Assembly (NCBI GenBank): GCA_963801605.1
Contig: CAWDFP010000006.1
Coordinates: 1,536,001-1,600,000 of the forward strand
Reading direction: 5' to 3'
Length of the DNA: 64,000 bases
DNA from: an uncultured candidate division Zixibacteria bacterium
GTDB taxonomy: Bacteria; Zixibacteria; MSB-5A5; UBA10806
Shown here one piece after another: positions 21,601 to 31,624 of the stretch (within the stretch, counting starts at the first letter, position 1; each line of letters begins with the position of its first letter). The notes beneath the pieces were generated by a model. That model was not told the DNA's origin. It did no database searches and saw only the letters and a program-made list of their open reading frames with translations. The position numbers were made by a program, and so were the translations under genes.

Positions 21601-22194
21601 ATGGAGGATAATCTCGCCCCCCGGATTGCGGCCATTATAGGCTTGGGTAACCCGGGACGAGATTACGAGAAGACCCGGCATAACCTCGGTTTCGAGGTGG
21701 TCGATCTTCTGGCGGGCAACGCGCCATTCGTTGCCGGTAAAGGCAGTTACTACATCTGCCAGACAACCGTGGCCTCCATGGAAATCGTTCTTTTAAAACC
21801 GACCACGTACATGAATCGCTCCGGGTTGGCTGTCGCATCTTTCGCCGAAACGCTCGGCCTGACACCATCGCAGATACTGGTTATCGCCGATGATTTCAAT
21901 CTCCCCTTTGGGCAGATCAGGCTTCGCAAAGACGGCACCGATGGCGGCCACAAGGGTTTGGCCTCGATCATCTACTACTTAGCCTCCACCGATTTCCCGC
22001 GTATAAGATTGGGAGTCGGCCCGGTGCCGGAGGATACGCCGGCAGTGGATTTTGTCCTGGAGCGCTTCTCCGATAGCGACCGTCCCACCGCCGATGAGAT
22101 GATCAAACGATCAGCGGAGGCGAGCCTTACGTGGTTAAAAGAAGGCTATGATGTTGCCGCGGCCCGCTTCAATCGGGCCATAGAAGAAAACTAA
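21601..22194 (+). CDS. pth: Peptidyl-tRNA hydrolase
   Basis: GLGNPG..YEKTRHNLGF, KPTTYMNRSG, GGHKGLASI. Confidence 0.97.
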   Translation: MEDNLAPRIAAIIGLGNPGRDYEKTRHNLGFEVVDLLAGNAPFVAGKGSYYICQTTVASMEIVLLKPTTYMNRSGLAVASFAETLGLTPSQILVIADDFNLPFGQIRLRKDGTDGGHKGLASIIYYLASTDFPRIRLGVGPVPEDTPAVDFVLERFSDSDRPTADEMIKRSAEASLTWLKEGYDVAAARFNRAIEEN

Positions 22195-22207
22195 AGATGC
22201 GCAAGCA

Positions 22208-22281
22208 GCGCGTCTCCCTACTCCGTCGCAATTAGAGTTAACGCGAACGGGGTCGAGTTTAACAGTCCAGAGGGAGGTTTC
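22208..22281 (+). ncRNA. Probable S6:S18 ribosomal protein leader (autogenous regulatory RNA)
   Basis: In the 5' UTR of rpsF; CTCCCT can pair with the SD-containing AGGGAGG and a CTCCGT/ACGGGG inner stem follows, matching the known architecture. Confidence 0.6.
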
Positions 22282-22644
22282 ATGAGGCTCTACGAGCTTA
22301 CTGTAATCATCAATCCTACGCTCGACGATACCACCGTCCAAAGCGAAATCGACAAAATCGAAAAACAGATAACCGGCGGCGGCGGACAGATCGAAAAGAT
22401 CGACCGCTGGGGCATGCGGCGTTTCACCTACCGCATCCAGGGCCACCATCAGGGCCTCTATGTCCTGTTTATCTACAAGGCTAATTCCAGCCTTAATCTG
22501 GAGATTGAGCGCGCTATCAGACTCAATGAGAATATCCTGAGATATCTAACCATCCTGTCGCCGGGGATCGCCCCGCCCAAGCCGATTAAGGTAGTCGATG
22601 ATGATGATGGGCGTTTTGAGGATTTTCCGCGTGATCGTGAGTAA
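22282..22644 (+). CDS. rpsF: 30S ribosomal protein S6
   Basis: MRLYELTVIINP, DRWGMRRFTYRI, NENILRYL. Confidence 0.96.
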   Translation: MRLYELTVIINPTLDDTTVQSEIDKIEKQITGGGGQIEKIDRWGMRRFTYRIQGHHQGLYVLFIYKANSSLNLEIERAIRLNENILRYLTILSPGIAPPKPIKVVDDDDGRFEDFPRDRE

Positions 22645-22674
22645 GATTCCTCAATATTAAACGTGAGAGGGATT

Positions 22675-23088
22675 ATGACGTTGACGAGATTGCCGAATTT
22701 AAATCGCGTGATGATCGTGGGTAATCTGACCAAAGACCCGGAGCTCAGGTCCACCACCACCGGTGTGCCCGTAGTCAATTTCCGGATTGCATCCAATCGC
22801 CGTTTCAAGGATAACTCCGGGGAATGGAAAGAGGATGTGTGTTATGTCGGAGTAGTCGCCTGGCAAAAGCTGGCCGAATCCTGCTCCACCAGGCTCAAGA
22901 AGGGAAGCGCCGTCTATGTCGAGGGCGAACTGCGCTCGCGCACCATGGATCACGACGATGGTTCCCGTCACAGCTTGGTTGAAATTCGCGCTCATCACAT
23001 TCAGTTTCTGGATAAATCCGAGCGCTTCGATGAGATTAAAGGTTTCGAGGACGGCGATGAGCTGCTCGAAGCCAATGGGTTGGACTAA
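22675..23088 (+). CDS. ssb: Single-stranded DNA-binding protein (short form)
   Basis: LNRVMIVGNLTKDPELR, VVAWQKLAE, KKGSAVYVEGELR; located between rpsF and rpsR. Confidence 0.92.
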   Translation: MTLTRLPNLNRVMIVGNLTKDPELRSTTTGVPVVNFRIASNRRFKDNSGEWKEDVCYVGVVAWQKLAESCSTRLKKGSAVYVEGELRSRTMDHDDGSRHSLVEIRAHHIQFLDKSERFDEIKGFEDGDELLEANGLD

Positions 23089-23122
23089 AGAGTTGCGAGT
23101 TACGAGTTATTAAAGCGCAACT

Positions 23123-23161
23123 GTAGGTCGGGTTCCGAGTCCCCGGGACGAGAAACCCGAC
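23123..23161 (+). repeat. GTAG REP-like hairpin within the r-protein operon
   Basis: GTAGGTCGGGTTCCGAGTCCCCGGGACGAGAAACCCGAC. Confidence 0.85.
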
Positions 23162-23207
23162 AAAACGTGATTAGCAGATGAATTATTACTTTCTTGAAGG
23201 AGAATAA

Positions 23208-23432
23208 ATGGAAAGACGTAGAAGAAAAGTATGCCGGTTTTGCGAAAGCAAAGCCACCTTTATCGATTATAAGGACGATCGCCTGCTGCGCAGGTTCATC
23301 TCCGAACGCGGCAAGATCATCCCCCGTCGGGTAACAGGAAATTGCGCCAAGCATCAGAGACAGCTTACCACCGCCATCAAGCGCGGACGTATCCTGGCGC
23401 TGCTGCCGTACACCTCGGAATCCCGCGACTAA
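23208..23432 (+). CDS. rpsR: 30S ribosomal protein S18 (Zn-ligand form)
   Basis: [30 protein letters not shown]. Confidence 0.97.
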   Translation: MERRRRKVCRFCESKATFIDYKDDRLLRRFISERGKIIPRRVTGNCAKHQRQLTTAIKRGRILALLPYTSESRD

Positions 23433-23448
23433 GGTCACCATACGGCTG

Positions 23449-24445
23449 ATGTCATCCGTTGAATCCAGAATATTTCTCTGGGGCGGAGTTGCCGTAGGCG
23501 GCTCCGGCCTGCTGTGGATCGTTCCCGGTATTAATGCGGTCTTCTCCGTGGGCGCCATTGCCGCGCTGGTGCTGATCGTTTCGCGATTGGGCTACCTGCG
23601 CGCCTTGTGGGCCGCGCTGGGAGGATTAATCATGGTCATGGCTACCACTACGTTTGCCATGGGTGAGGCTGTCGGAATGCTCAACGCCGCAGTCTTTGCC
23701 ATAGCGGTATTGGCTCCGGGATTCATGATGGGCATGGCCTCCCGAGGACTGTTCTCAGCGGTTAAGACAATCTGGTACGGTTCCATCCCGATTTTAATTC
23801 TCTTCGGTTTACTTCTGACATTCTATTCGACTCTGATAAGCAGCGTTCCATCGATTACCCGTCAGGTCAATACAATCATGGAAACGAGCCTCGATCAAAG
23901 TCCGGTGGCATCAAAGATGCTGATCGATAAATACGGAGCAGAGGGAGGCAAAGAGAAATTTCTGGCAGATCTGGACCAGTATATTGTCTTTTTTATCAAG
24001 GTAATACCAGGAACAATCGTAATCGGATTTTTGACGATCATAATCATCAGCCTGTACGCTGGCGGGAAATATCGGTACGAGGATAAGCCTGATGATTCCT
24101 CGGCTGCAGCCGTTTTATCTCTGGCATGCCAGCGATTGGTGGCTGATACCTACCGCCCTTGGACTGGCCCTGACTATTTTCGTCACGAACGATTTCTGGC
24201 GCTATTTTGGCATAAATATTCTGGTCGTAACAGGCAATGTTTACGCCATAGCCGGGTTGGCAGTGGCGGCGGCTTTTATGCGGCGCCTGGCAATCCCGAT
24301 GCCATTGCGGGTGGCATTCTATTTGGTTTTGTTTTTCATGTCTTTTGTGGGTCTGCTCTCGCTGGCAATCCTGGGATTGGCAGACAGCAGATTTCGCTTC
24401 CGGCGCGAAACTCCGGAAGAAAAAGATGATTCGCAAGAAAATTGA
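23449..24445 (+). CDS. YybS/DUF2232-like membrane protein (indel near 24065)
   Basis: Polytopic hydrophobic protein between rpsR and rplI; ends LGLADSRFRFR. Confidence 0.75.
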
Positions 24446-24463
24446 TAGTATAAAGGAGCAAGT

Positions 24464-24925
24464 ATGAAGGTTATTCTCAGAGATGATGTTGAGAAATTAG
24501 GGACGACGGGCAATATCGTCACCGTGGCTGACGGTTACGCCCGCAATTTTCTGTTCCCGCGAAACCTGGCGGTGCCCGCCACTAAAGGCAATGTCAGGTC
24601 TATCGATGAAATCAAAAAACAAAAGCAGTTCCGTGAGAATAAAAAGAAGAAAGACGCCCAGCGTCTCAAAGACCGCCTCGAAAAGCTGTCGCTGACCGCC
24701 GAGGTCCAGACCGGTGAGGAAGATAAGGTCTTTGGATCGGTCACGGCCGCCAATATCGCCACCCTTCTGGAAAAGCAGGAGTTCGCGATTGACCGCCGGA
24801 AGATCATGCTGGAAGAACCACTCAAAGCTCTCGGTGTTTATACCATCGAAATTAAACTGGCGCCGGACGTGGTTGCCAGCGTAAAACTATGGGTGGTTAA
24901 AAAGGAAGAACCGGAGCAGTCTTAA
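24464..24925 (+). CDS. rplI: 50S ribosomal protein L9
   Basis: MKVILRDDVEKLG..VADGYARNFLFP, KVFGSVT. Confidence 0.97.
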   Translation: MKVILRDDVEKLGTTGNIVTVADGYARNFLFPRNLAVPATKGNVRSIDEIKKQKQFRENKKKKDAQRLKDRLEKLSLTAEVQTGEEDKVFGSVTAANIATLLEKQEFAIDRRKIMLEEPLKALGVYTIEIKLAPDVVASVKLWVVKKEEPEQS

Positions 24926-24938
24926 AAAGGAGTAGTAT

Positions 24939-26729
24939 CTGCGTTATCTCGATGGCAAAAGGCTTCGCAAGGCGGTTAACGCCGGTTGGCAGTGGCTCAA
25001 TCATCATCGGGAAAGGTTGGATGCCATTAATGTCTTCCCGGTAGCCGACGGCGATACCGGTACCAATATGTCCCAGACCCTGCGTTCTGCGGCGCTGGGC
25101 GCCAATTCGGCTAAATCGAACTCCTTAGCCGACGTGGCCGATTCGATCGCGCTTTATTCGCTTCGCGGCGCTCAGGGTAATTCGGGAGTTATACTCTCGC
25201 AATACTTCAAGGGTGTCGCCGAATATATCGGCAATCGCAAGCGCCTGTATGCTGAGGACCTGGCTGCAACTTTCGCCGCCGGAGCCGAATCGGCATACAA
25301 GGCGGTCAGAGAACCCCGCGAGGGCACCATACTCACAGTCCTGCGCGAGATGGCCGTGCATACCGAAGAAACCAAGACTCGTCATAAAGGCATGAGCCAG
25401 ATGCTTGAATCCGCTATCGAGCATGGCAAGCGCACTCTGGCATCGACCAAATACAAACTGAAAGCTTTATCCGATGCCAACGTTGTCGATGCCGGCGGCC
25501 TGGGGTTTGTGCATTTTATGGAAGGCATCCATCACCTTATTAAAAAAGGTGAATACGAAAAGGATGTATCGCTGGAATCATCCGAACCCAACATTCCGGA
25601 AAAAATCGAAAAGTACACTCGTTATAGATTCTGTTCGGAGTTTTTGGTTAAAGGGTTTGACTATGATATCGACGCCATCCGGCAGAGTCTCGAGGGCGCC
25701 GGTGATTCCCTGATCGTGGCCGGAACCGCTTTTGGAAACGATTCGTATCTCAGGATTCATATCCACACCGACCGTCCGGATGATGTTGAGGCGCTGGCAA
25801 AATCTATAGGCGTGCTCGAAAAGCGCAAAGTCGAGGATATGCTTGCTCAGAATGAGGCGATGCGCAGTTGGCGCGCCCGTTATCGCGGGAATGCCGTCCG
25901 AACCATCAGGATAGTATCCGATTCGACTTGCGATCTCCCCGCCGAGGTGGCTGCCTTTCACGATATCGAGATCGTGCCGCTTAAGGTAGCTTTCGGCGAT
26001 GAAATCTATCGGGATGGTGTCGATCTGGACAATCATTCCTTCTACGAAAAATTGACCCTTTCGAAAATTACACCCAAGACATCGCAGGCCACACCATCGG
26101 AATTTGAAGAGCGATATACTGAAATGCTCGATAGGGGAGACTGCGATCAGATTTTATCGATTCACATTTCGTCTAAATTATCAGGCACCTATAATTCGGC
26201 GTTATCAGGCGCCAAAGGGCTTAAGGTTACTTGCTTTGATTCCGGTACAGTCTCTCTCGGTTTGGGATTAATGGCCATCGCCGCGTCGGAACTTGCCAGG
26301 GAGGGAAAAAGTCTTGATGAAATTCTCGCCCGGCTTGAGCTGATGAAAAAAAATCAGGGATTGTTTTTTACCCTGGGAACCATCGATTATCTCATCAAAG
26401 GCGGTCGGGTTGGCAAGGCGCGCGGCTATCTGGGACGGTTTCTGGGTTTGAAACCAATACTGACTTTACAGGATGCCGAGGTCAAACCGGTAGCCAGAGT
26501 CAGAAGCGAAGAAAAAGCGCTGGCGAAAATTATTTCGCTTTTGCCGGAAAATGGGCATGGTTACCGGTGGGCAGTGGCCCACGCCAGTTACCCGTCGGAA
26601 ATAGAGCTAATCAAGGAGATTTTAAGGGAACGATTTGGCGCTAATGACGTTTTAGCAGGTGAAATAGGCCCCACGGTCGGGACTCATATCGGCCCGGGTT
26701 CATGGGGAATATTCTACATGAGAGGTTGA
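24939..26729 (+). CDS. DAK2/DegV fusion (fatty acid kinase FakA-like plus FakB-like)
   Basis: INVFPVADGDTGTNM, GNSGVILSQ, VDAGG; then DSTCDLP, SSKLSGTY, GGRVG, VGTHIGPG; the frame is open upstream to CTG 24939. Confidence 0.9.
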   Translation: MRYLDGKRLRKAVNAGWQWLNHHRERLDAINVFPVADGDTGTNMSQTLRSAALGANSAKSNSLADVADSIALYSLRGAQGNSGVILSQYFKGVAEYIGNRKRLYAEDLAATFAAGAESAYKAVREPREGTILTVLREMAVHTEETKTRHKGMSQMLESAIEHGKRTLASTKYKLKALSDANVVDAGGLGFVHFMEGIHHLIKKGEYEKDVSLESSEPNIPEKIEKYTRYRFCSEFLVKGFDYDIDAIRQSLEGAGDSLIVAGTAFGNDSYLRIHIHTDRPDDVEALAKSIGVLEKRKVEDMLAQNEAMRSWRARYRGNAVRTIRIVSDSTCDLPAEVAAFHDIEIVPLKVAFGDEIYRDGVDLDNHSFYEKLTLSKITPKTSQATPSEFEERYTEMLDRGDCDQILSIHISSKLSGTYNSALSGAKGLKVTCFDSGTVSLGLGLMAIAASELAREGKSLDEILARLELMKKNQGLFFTLGTIDYLIKGGRVGKARGYLGRFLGLKPILTLQDAEVKPVARVRSEEKALAKIISLLPENGHGYRWAVAHASYPSEIELIKEILRERFGANDVLAGEIGPTVGTHIGPGSWGIFYMRG

Positions 26730-26731
26730 CT

Positions 26732-27230
26732 ATGGACGAAGGCAAGATGGTAAAATCACAGATCGGGGGGTTGGCCCTGGATGTTACCACCAATTCTCCT
26801 GTCATTACGATATCGCCAATAGGATCGGAAAAGATTTTGCCGATATGGATCGGGCACTACGAGGCCTGGGCAATCGGTATGGAAATCTCCGGCATCGCCT
26901 CCAAGCGCCCCTTGACCCACGATCTCATGTATAGCGTAATTAAGGCTATGGGGGGCACCGTAGAAAAAATCGAAATAACTGATCTTCGGGAACAGACATT
27001 TTTCGCGGTCATTACAGTGAAAGCTCGATGGCAAATCGATCGGTATCGATGCCAGGCCATCGGATTCACTGGCTCTGGCGCTTAAAGCTAAAGCCCCGAT
27101 ATTTGTCAATGAGAACCTCTTCAATCTGAAAAAGGAAGAGAGGGAAAGCTCAGGCATGCCCGATCAGGAAACACTGCGGGATCGGTTGCGAAAAATTAAT
27201 CCAGAGGATTTCGGCAATTATAAATTATGA
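26732..27230 (+). CDS. Bifunctional nuclease family protein (DUF151) (indel near 27030)
   Basis: LPIWIGHYEA, RPLTHDL, reconstructed IDARPSDSLALAL. Confidence 0.88.
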
Positions 27231-27733
27231 TAATCCCTTATAATGGGAAAAGTCCGGTTATCGCAGAGGGATGCTTCATTGCTCCCGATAGCGTGATTAT
27301 CGGTGATGTCGCCATAGCGTCAGAATGCTCAATTTGGTTCGGAGCGGTTATACGAGGCGATATCAACTGGATTAAAATCGGAAGTTATACAAATATTCAG
27401 GATAACTGCGTGATTCATGTCACCGGCGGGACAGCGCCGACCGATATTGCCGATCATGTCACAGTTGGACATGGCGCTATACTTCATGGCTGCACCATTG
27501 AATCAGGTTGCCTGATCGGGATGGGCTCCATCGTTCTCGATAAAGCCGTTGTTGGCGAGGGTTCTCTGGTGGCGGCCGGCTCTGTGGTTAAATCCGGAAT
27601 GATTATTCCTCCTCACACTCTGGTGGCCGGAAATCCGGCAGTGATAAAGCGCAAAATCTCGAGCGATGAGAGGGAATATTTTATCGAATGGGCCAATAAT
27701 TATCGCGGTTATTCGAAAGGATTTCAGTTTTGA
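27227..27733 (+). CDS. Gamma-carbonic-anhydrase-family hexapeptide repeat protein
   Basis: IGDV..SIWFGAVIRGD, NIQDNCVIH, TVGHGAILHGC. Confidence 0.92.
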   Translation: MIIPYNGKSPVIAEGCFIAPDSVIIGDVAIASECSIWFGAVIRGDINWIKIGSYTNIQDNCVIHVTGGTAPTDIADHVTVGHGAILHGCTIESGCLIGMGSIVLDKAVVGEGSLVAAGSVVKSGMIIPPHTLVAGNPAVIKRKISSDEREYFIEWANNYRGYSKGFQF

Positions 27734-29520
27734 AAGCGGCACTTTATATTGCCCTGTTTTTTATCGGTTTTGTTGCCATTTCGGTTTCAGCCCAGGATTA
27801 CCTGGCCGATCCTGTCTCAGGCCTTAATATCGCTATGGAAAATTTCCATAATGGGGAATATGATCTTGCCTATAATAAATTCAAGGCCTTAAATGAGAAA
27901 TTTCCCGATGACAGCCGCAACAGCATCTTCAGATTCATGGCGGCTAAATCGTTATACGAAGCCGGTACTTATGCTCTTTCGGATTCCCTTTGGGATGATT
28001 TTATACGGACTTTCTCCGGTTCGCTGCTTCTTCCTGAAGCACATCTTTTCAAGGGGCATTGCTTATATAAACTCGGGCGTTATTCCGATGCAGCCGGCGA
28101 ATATCTGACATCGATTGAAATTGATCCTAAATCGAAAACCGCCCTGATCGCCAACGATAATTTCATGCCATTAGCGCTCCGCGGTCTTACCCCGGAGGAG
28201 CAACGGGAACTCGTTAAAAATCGTCCAGCATCGGCCGCTATCGAGCCTCTTGAATTCGAGATCGCCAAAAAGGAAATTAATTCCGGGCATTATCGGCAAG
28301 GTATCGCGGCTTTGCAGGTTTTTATGAGCCGCTATCCGGGAAGTCGGGAATTCAAACAGGCCAGGCTTCTCATGGAGGAATCGCAGGATAAGGCAGATAG
28401 ACAAATTTCAATTGGGCTATTAGCTCCGGCCAGCGGCAGCTATCAGGATTTCGGACGTTCGATGATCGAAGGCGCTCGGTTAGCAATGAAAGAATTTGAT
28501 AGCGATGAATACAAAGTTGATCTCGAAATAAAAGATACCGGAAGCGATCCCATTGACGCCGCCAAGAAAGCGCTCGAAATGGCCGATGAGGAACCTTTGG
28601 CGGTTGTGGGTCCGCTGAGCTCCGAATCTGCTATCAGCTCGGCGGTCATTTTCAATGAACGTAAAATTCCGATGATTACACCGACAGCATCTGAATCCGG
28701 CTTATCGAGTATCGGGCCGTATGTATTTCAAATATCATCATCGATAGAGCATATCGGCGAGGCATTGGCGCGTTATGCCATAAAGAATCTGAAATTATCT
28801 GAGTTTGCAATTATTGCTCCCGATGAACCTGACGCAATCAAAGTAACCAATGCATTTGCCGAGGCGGTTTACAGACAGGGCGGAGAGGTAATTTTCACCA
28901 CTTATTATGAATCGGGCGCCACTGATTTCAAGCCGCAGATAATGCCGCTTCACGATATCTTGGTTGCCAGGACTGAAGCAATGCTAGCGGCGGGCAAACT
29001 CGATAGCAGTATCATTTTCGATCCTAAGACACATGAAATGCTGACCAAAGACGAGTGGCCGGTGAATCTCGATGGTCTTTTTCTGCCTGGTTACGCCGAC
29101 GAACTTAAGATGCTGATTCCGCAGGTGCGTTATCATGTTATCCGCACCCGTTTTCTCGGCTCGGATAGCTGGGATTCGCCGGAACTCCTTCGCGAAGTTA
29201 AATCGTACGTGGAAAACGCTATCTTCGGCGCCGATTTTCACGCTGATCAAAATAATATCCAGTGGCGCAAGTTTTCGGATTCATACAAATTAACCTATGG
29301 CCAGTCGCCCGATAAGGCCGCCGCCACTACTTATGACGCGGTGCGCTTGATTCTTGATGGTATCAGTGCCGGCAACAAAAGCCCCGAAAAACTTCAGGAC
29401 TATTTAAGCCAGATCGAGGATTACAAAGGGGTATCGACGAATATAACGTTCAAGGAAACTAATCGCGCCAATGATGCGGTCGGCATATACTCTGTCGATG
29501 GCAAGAGGCTGAATAAATAG
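27730..29520 (+). CDS. Periplasmic TPR plus type-1 periplasmic-binding-fold protein (LpoA/LppC-like)
   Basis: Signal peptide; TPR-like helices; IGLLAPASG...AVVGPLSS...PMITPTAS; DFKPQI; AATTYDAV. Confidence 0.75.
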   Translation: MKAALYIALFFIGFVAISVSAQDYLADPVSGLNIAMENFHNGEYDLAYNKFKALNEKFPDDSRNSIFRFMAAKSLYEAGTYALSDSLWDDFIRTFSGSLLLPEAHLFKGHCLYKLGRYSDAAGEYLTSIEIDPKSKTALIANDNFMPLALRGLTPEEQRELVKNRPASAAIEPLEFEIAKKEINSGHYRQGIAALQVFMSRYPGSREFKQARLLMEESQDKADRQISIGLLAPASGSYQDFGRSMIEGARLAMKEFDSDEYKVDLEIKDTGSDPIDAAKKALEMADEEPLAVVGPLSSESAISSAVIFNERKIPMITPTASESGLSSIGPYVFQISSSIEHIGEALARYAIKNLKLSEFAIIAPDEPDAIKVTNAFAEAVYRQGGEVIFTTYYESGATDFKPQIMPLHDILVARTEAMLAAGKLDSSIIFDPKTHEMLTKDEWPVNLDGLFLPGYADELKMLIPQVRYHVIRTRFLGSDSWDSPELLREVKSYVENAIFGADFHADQNNIQWRKFSDSYKLTYGQSPDKAAATTYDAVRLILDGISAGNKSPEKLQDYLSQIEDYKGVSTNITFKETNRANDAVGIYSVDGKRLNK

Positions 29521-29522
29521 AA

Positions 29523-30359
29523 ATGAATACAACGGTTGTCAATAAATTCGATAAACTTTCATCTCGTTTACGTGAGCTAAAAAAAGTTGTCATCGGTTTT
29601 TCGGGCGGAATCGATTCTACTTTAATTCTCAAAGTGGCGGTTGATATACTCGGTAAAGAAAATGTCTGGGCGGTTACCGGAGATTCGGAATCTCTGCTTC
29701 CCGAAGAGCTGGAATCATGCCGCAATCTGGGCAAGGTGATAGGTCTGGCGCCTGAAAATTTCATCGAAATAAAAACCAATGAGTTATCTGACCCCGATTA
29801 TAAAGCTAATCCGATCGACCGCTGTTTCTATTGCAAACGGGAATTATTCACTCGCTTGCAGCAGGTCGCCAAAGAAGTCGGAGCGCAATATGTTCTGGAC
29901 GGCTCCAATGCCGATGACCAAAACGATTGGCGTCCCGGGCGGCGGGCCGCCGGGGAGCTATCCGTTGTCTCGCCATTAGCCGAGGCCGGAATAACGAAAG
30001 CCGAAATTCGCGATATCGCCAAAAGCCTGGGTCTTCCCAATTGGGATAAACCGGCCTTGGCCTGCCTTTCATCGCGTATCCCGTATGGCTCCGAAGTGAC
30101 GGTCGAAAAGCTTACTCAGATTGCGCAGGCTGAACGGTTTCTGCGCTCGCTGGGATTTACGCAATTACGGGTACGCCATCATGATAAAATTGCGCGGATC
30201 GAATTACTCAAGGATGAAATTCCAAAATTATATAAGGACGGTCTGGCCGAGAAGATCGCAACCAGATTTAAGGAGATCGGTTTTGTTTATATTGCGGTGG
30301 ATCTCGAGGGATATCGCAGCGGCAGCATGAACGAAAACCTAAAGAAAGAAGGAAATTGA
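29523..30359 (+). CDS. larE: ATP-dependent sulfur insertase for the nickel-pincer cofactor
   Basis: PP-loop FSGGIDS, DRCFYCK, DGSNADD..DWRPG, WDKPALACLSSRIPYG, RVRHH. Confidence 0.92.
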   Translation: MNTTVVNKFDKLSSRLRELKKVVIGFSGGIDSTLILKVAVDILGKENVWAVTGDSESLLPEELESCRNLGKVIGLAPENFIEIKTNELSDPDYKANPIDRCFYCKRELFTRLQQVAKEVGAQYVLDGSNADDQNDWRPGRRAAGELSVVSPLAEAGITKAEIRDIAKSLGLPNWDKPALACLSSRIPYGSEVTVEKLTQIAQAERFLRSLGFTQLRVRHHDKIARIELLKDEIPKLYKDGLAEKIATRFKEIGFVYIAVDLEGYRSGSMNENLKKEGN

Positions 30360-30571
30360 TGACCGACGATCCATCCAAACGCGTGGCGCTGAAGGTTAGT
30401 ATCGGCGATAAGGTTCATGATGTAACATTTGATGAACTAACATTATCAAACAATCTGGGATTGGAAGCCATAGTAACTTTGCTTGTCCAAAAGAGCGTTT
30501 TTACGGCAGAGGAGCTTCAAACGATAATGGAACGAATCCGTCACGATAGATATCAGGAACCAGAGAAATAA
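30359..30571 (+). CDS. Small hypothetical protein
   Basis: ORF overlapping the larE stop and the next start. Confidence 0.6.
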   Translation: MTDDPSKRVALKVSIGDKVHDVTFDELTLSNNLGLEAIVTLLVQKSVFTAEELQTIMERIRHDRYQEPEK

Positions 30572-31029
30572 TGGAATCATTAACATGGGTATCACATCCC
30601 GCCCGCGAGCGTCCGCTGACCGCCGTTCTGGTCACGATATTTATCATTCTGATAATGACCATTGTTTATTTCTTCATGGATCACAGCCTATTTATGATGA
30701 TAATCGCGGGGATGATATTTACCATATCGCTTTCGGCATTTTATTTTCCCACGACTTATACAATTGACGAGAAAAAGGTAACAATCAAATATCGATTCTC
30801 GATCAAAGAACGGAATTTATCGGCTTTCCGTCAATATTATCCGGAAACAAGAGGCATTCTGTTGTCGCCGTTTTTATCGCCGTCGCGGCTGGAAAACTTT
30901 CGAGGGTTCTATTTGAGATATGGCAAAGATAATAAAGCCGAAATCGACGCCATGGTAAAAAAGCTGATCGATATGCAAAAGGCAAATACTAATGCCAATC
31001 GAGATGAGGTGAAACCGGATGCAGCCTAA
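30571..31029 (+). CDS. Two-TM membrane protein with soluble C-terminal domain
   Basis: Hydrophobic N-terminal hairpin; coupled start/stop overlaps. Confidence 0.7.
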   Translation: MESLTWVSHPARERPLTAVLVTIFIILIMTIVYFFMDHSLFMMIIAGMIFTISLSAFYFPTTYTIDEKKVTIKYRFSIKERNLSAFRQYYPETRGILLSPFLSPSRLENFRGFYLRYGKDNKAEIDAMVKKLIDMQKANTNANRDEVKPDAA

Positions 31030-31504
31030 TACGCCGCTGGGAAATCAGGATCTGCCGCCTGAGGAAAAAGCACTGACCGAAGAAGAGCAGGAATTACTCA
31101 ACAGGGTCGCCGCCAAGATTGTCCAAAAGCAGATGACGGTTCCGGCGATCATGTTTTTGGAATCGGTCAAACCGCTCAACTGGATCGGCAGCCAGGTTAT
31201 GGTTTTTTTGGATCCATTCGTCGGCGCCATTGTCGGCGAAAGATCGTCAATTCTTTTCAGTTATAAAGATTATAATCTACTTCGACAGATGATGGAGCGC
31301 CGCGAAAATACCGAACGCCTGCTTCAAAAGATCGAGGAGCTTGACGCTATCCAGGATGTGAAAGAACGCGAGGAGAAAAGAAAGCGCAAAGCTGAGAAAA
31401 AGGCTAAAGGCGGCGGTGGAATCACGCGTCTGTGGCGGAAGCTATTCGGCAGGGAAGGTCCAACCAAAGTAAATCCTCCGGCAGATAACGATACCAAGCA
31501 GTGA
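31019..31504 (+). CDS. Hypothetical protein
   Basis: GAGGTG SD; 161-aa ORF ending the operon. Confidence 0.7.
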   Translation: MQPNTPLGNQDLPPEEKALTEEEQELLNRVAAKIVQKQMTVPAIMFLESVKPLNWIGSQVMVFLDPFVGAIVGERSSILFSYKDYNLLRQMMERRENTERLLQKIEELDAIQDVKEREEKRKRKAEKKAKGGGGITRLWRKLFGREGPTKVNPPADNDTKQ

Positions 31505-31510
31505 TATTTG

Positions 31511-31616
31511 GTCAGGTCGCCAGCGATCTGACTTATTAATTTGGGCTAAATTTCATTTCATATTCAACTCCTTTTTGGTGATTAATCTGTCAAATCTCCG
31601 AGGAGATTTGACCTAC
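31511..31616 (-). repeat. Two REP-like hairpins on the minus strand
   Basis: 31589-31616 is the reverse complement of GTAGGTCAAATCTCC..GGAGATTTGAC (compare 10364); a degenerate copy lies at 31511-31536. Confidence 0.75.
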
Positions 31617-31624
31617 TATCTTCA

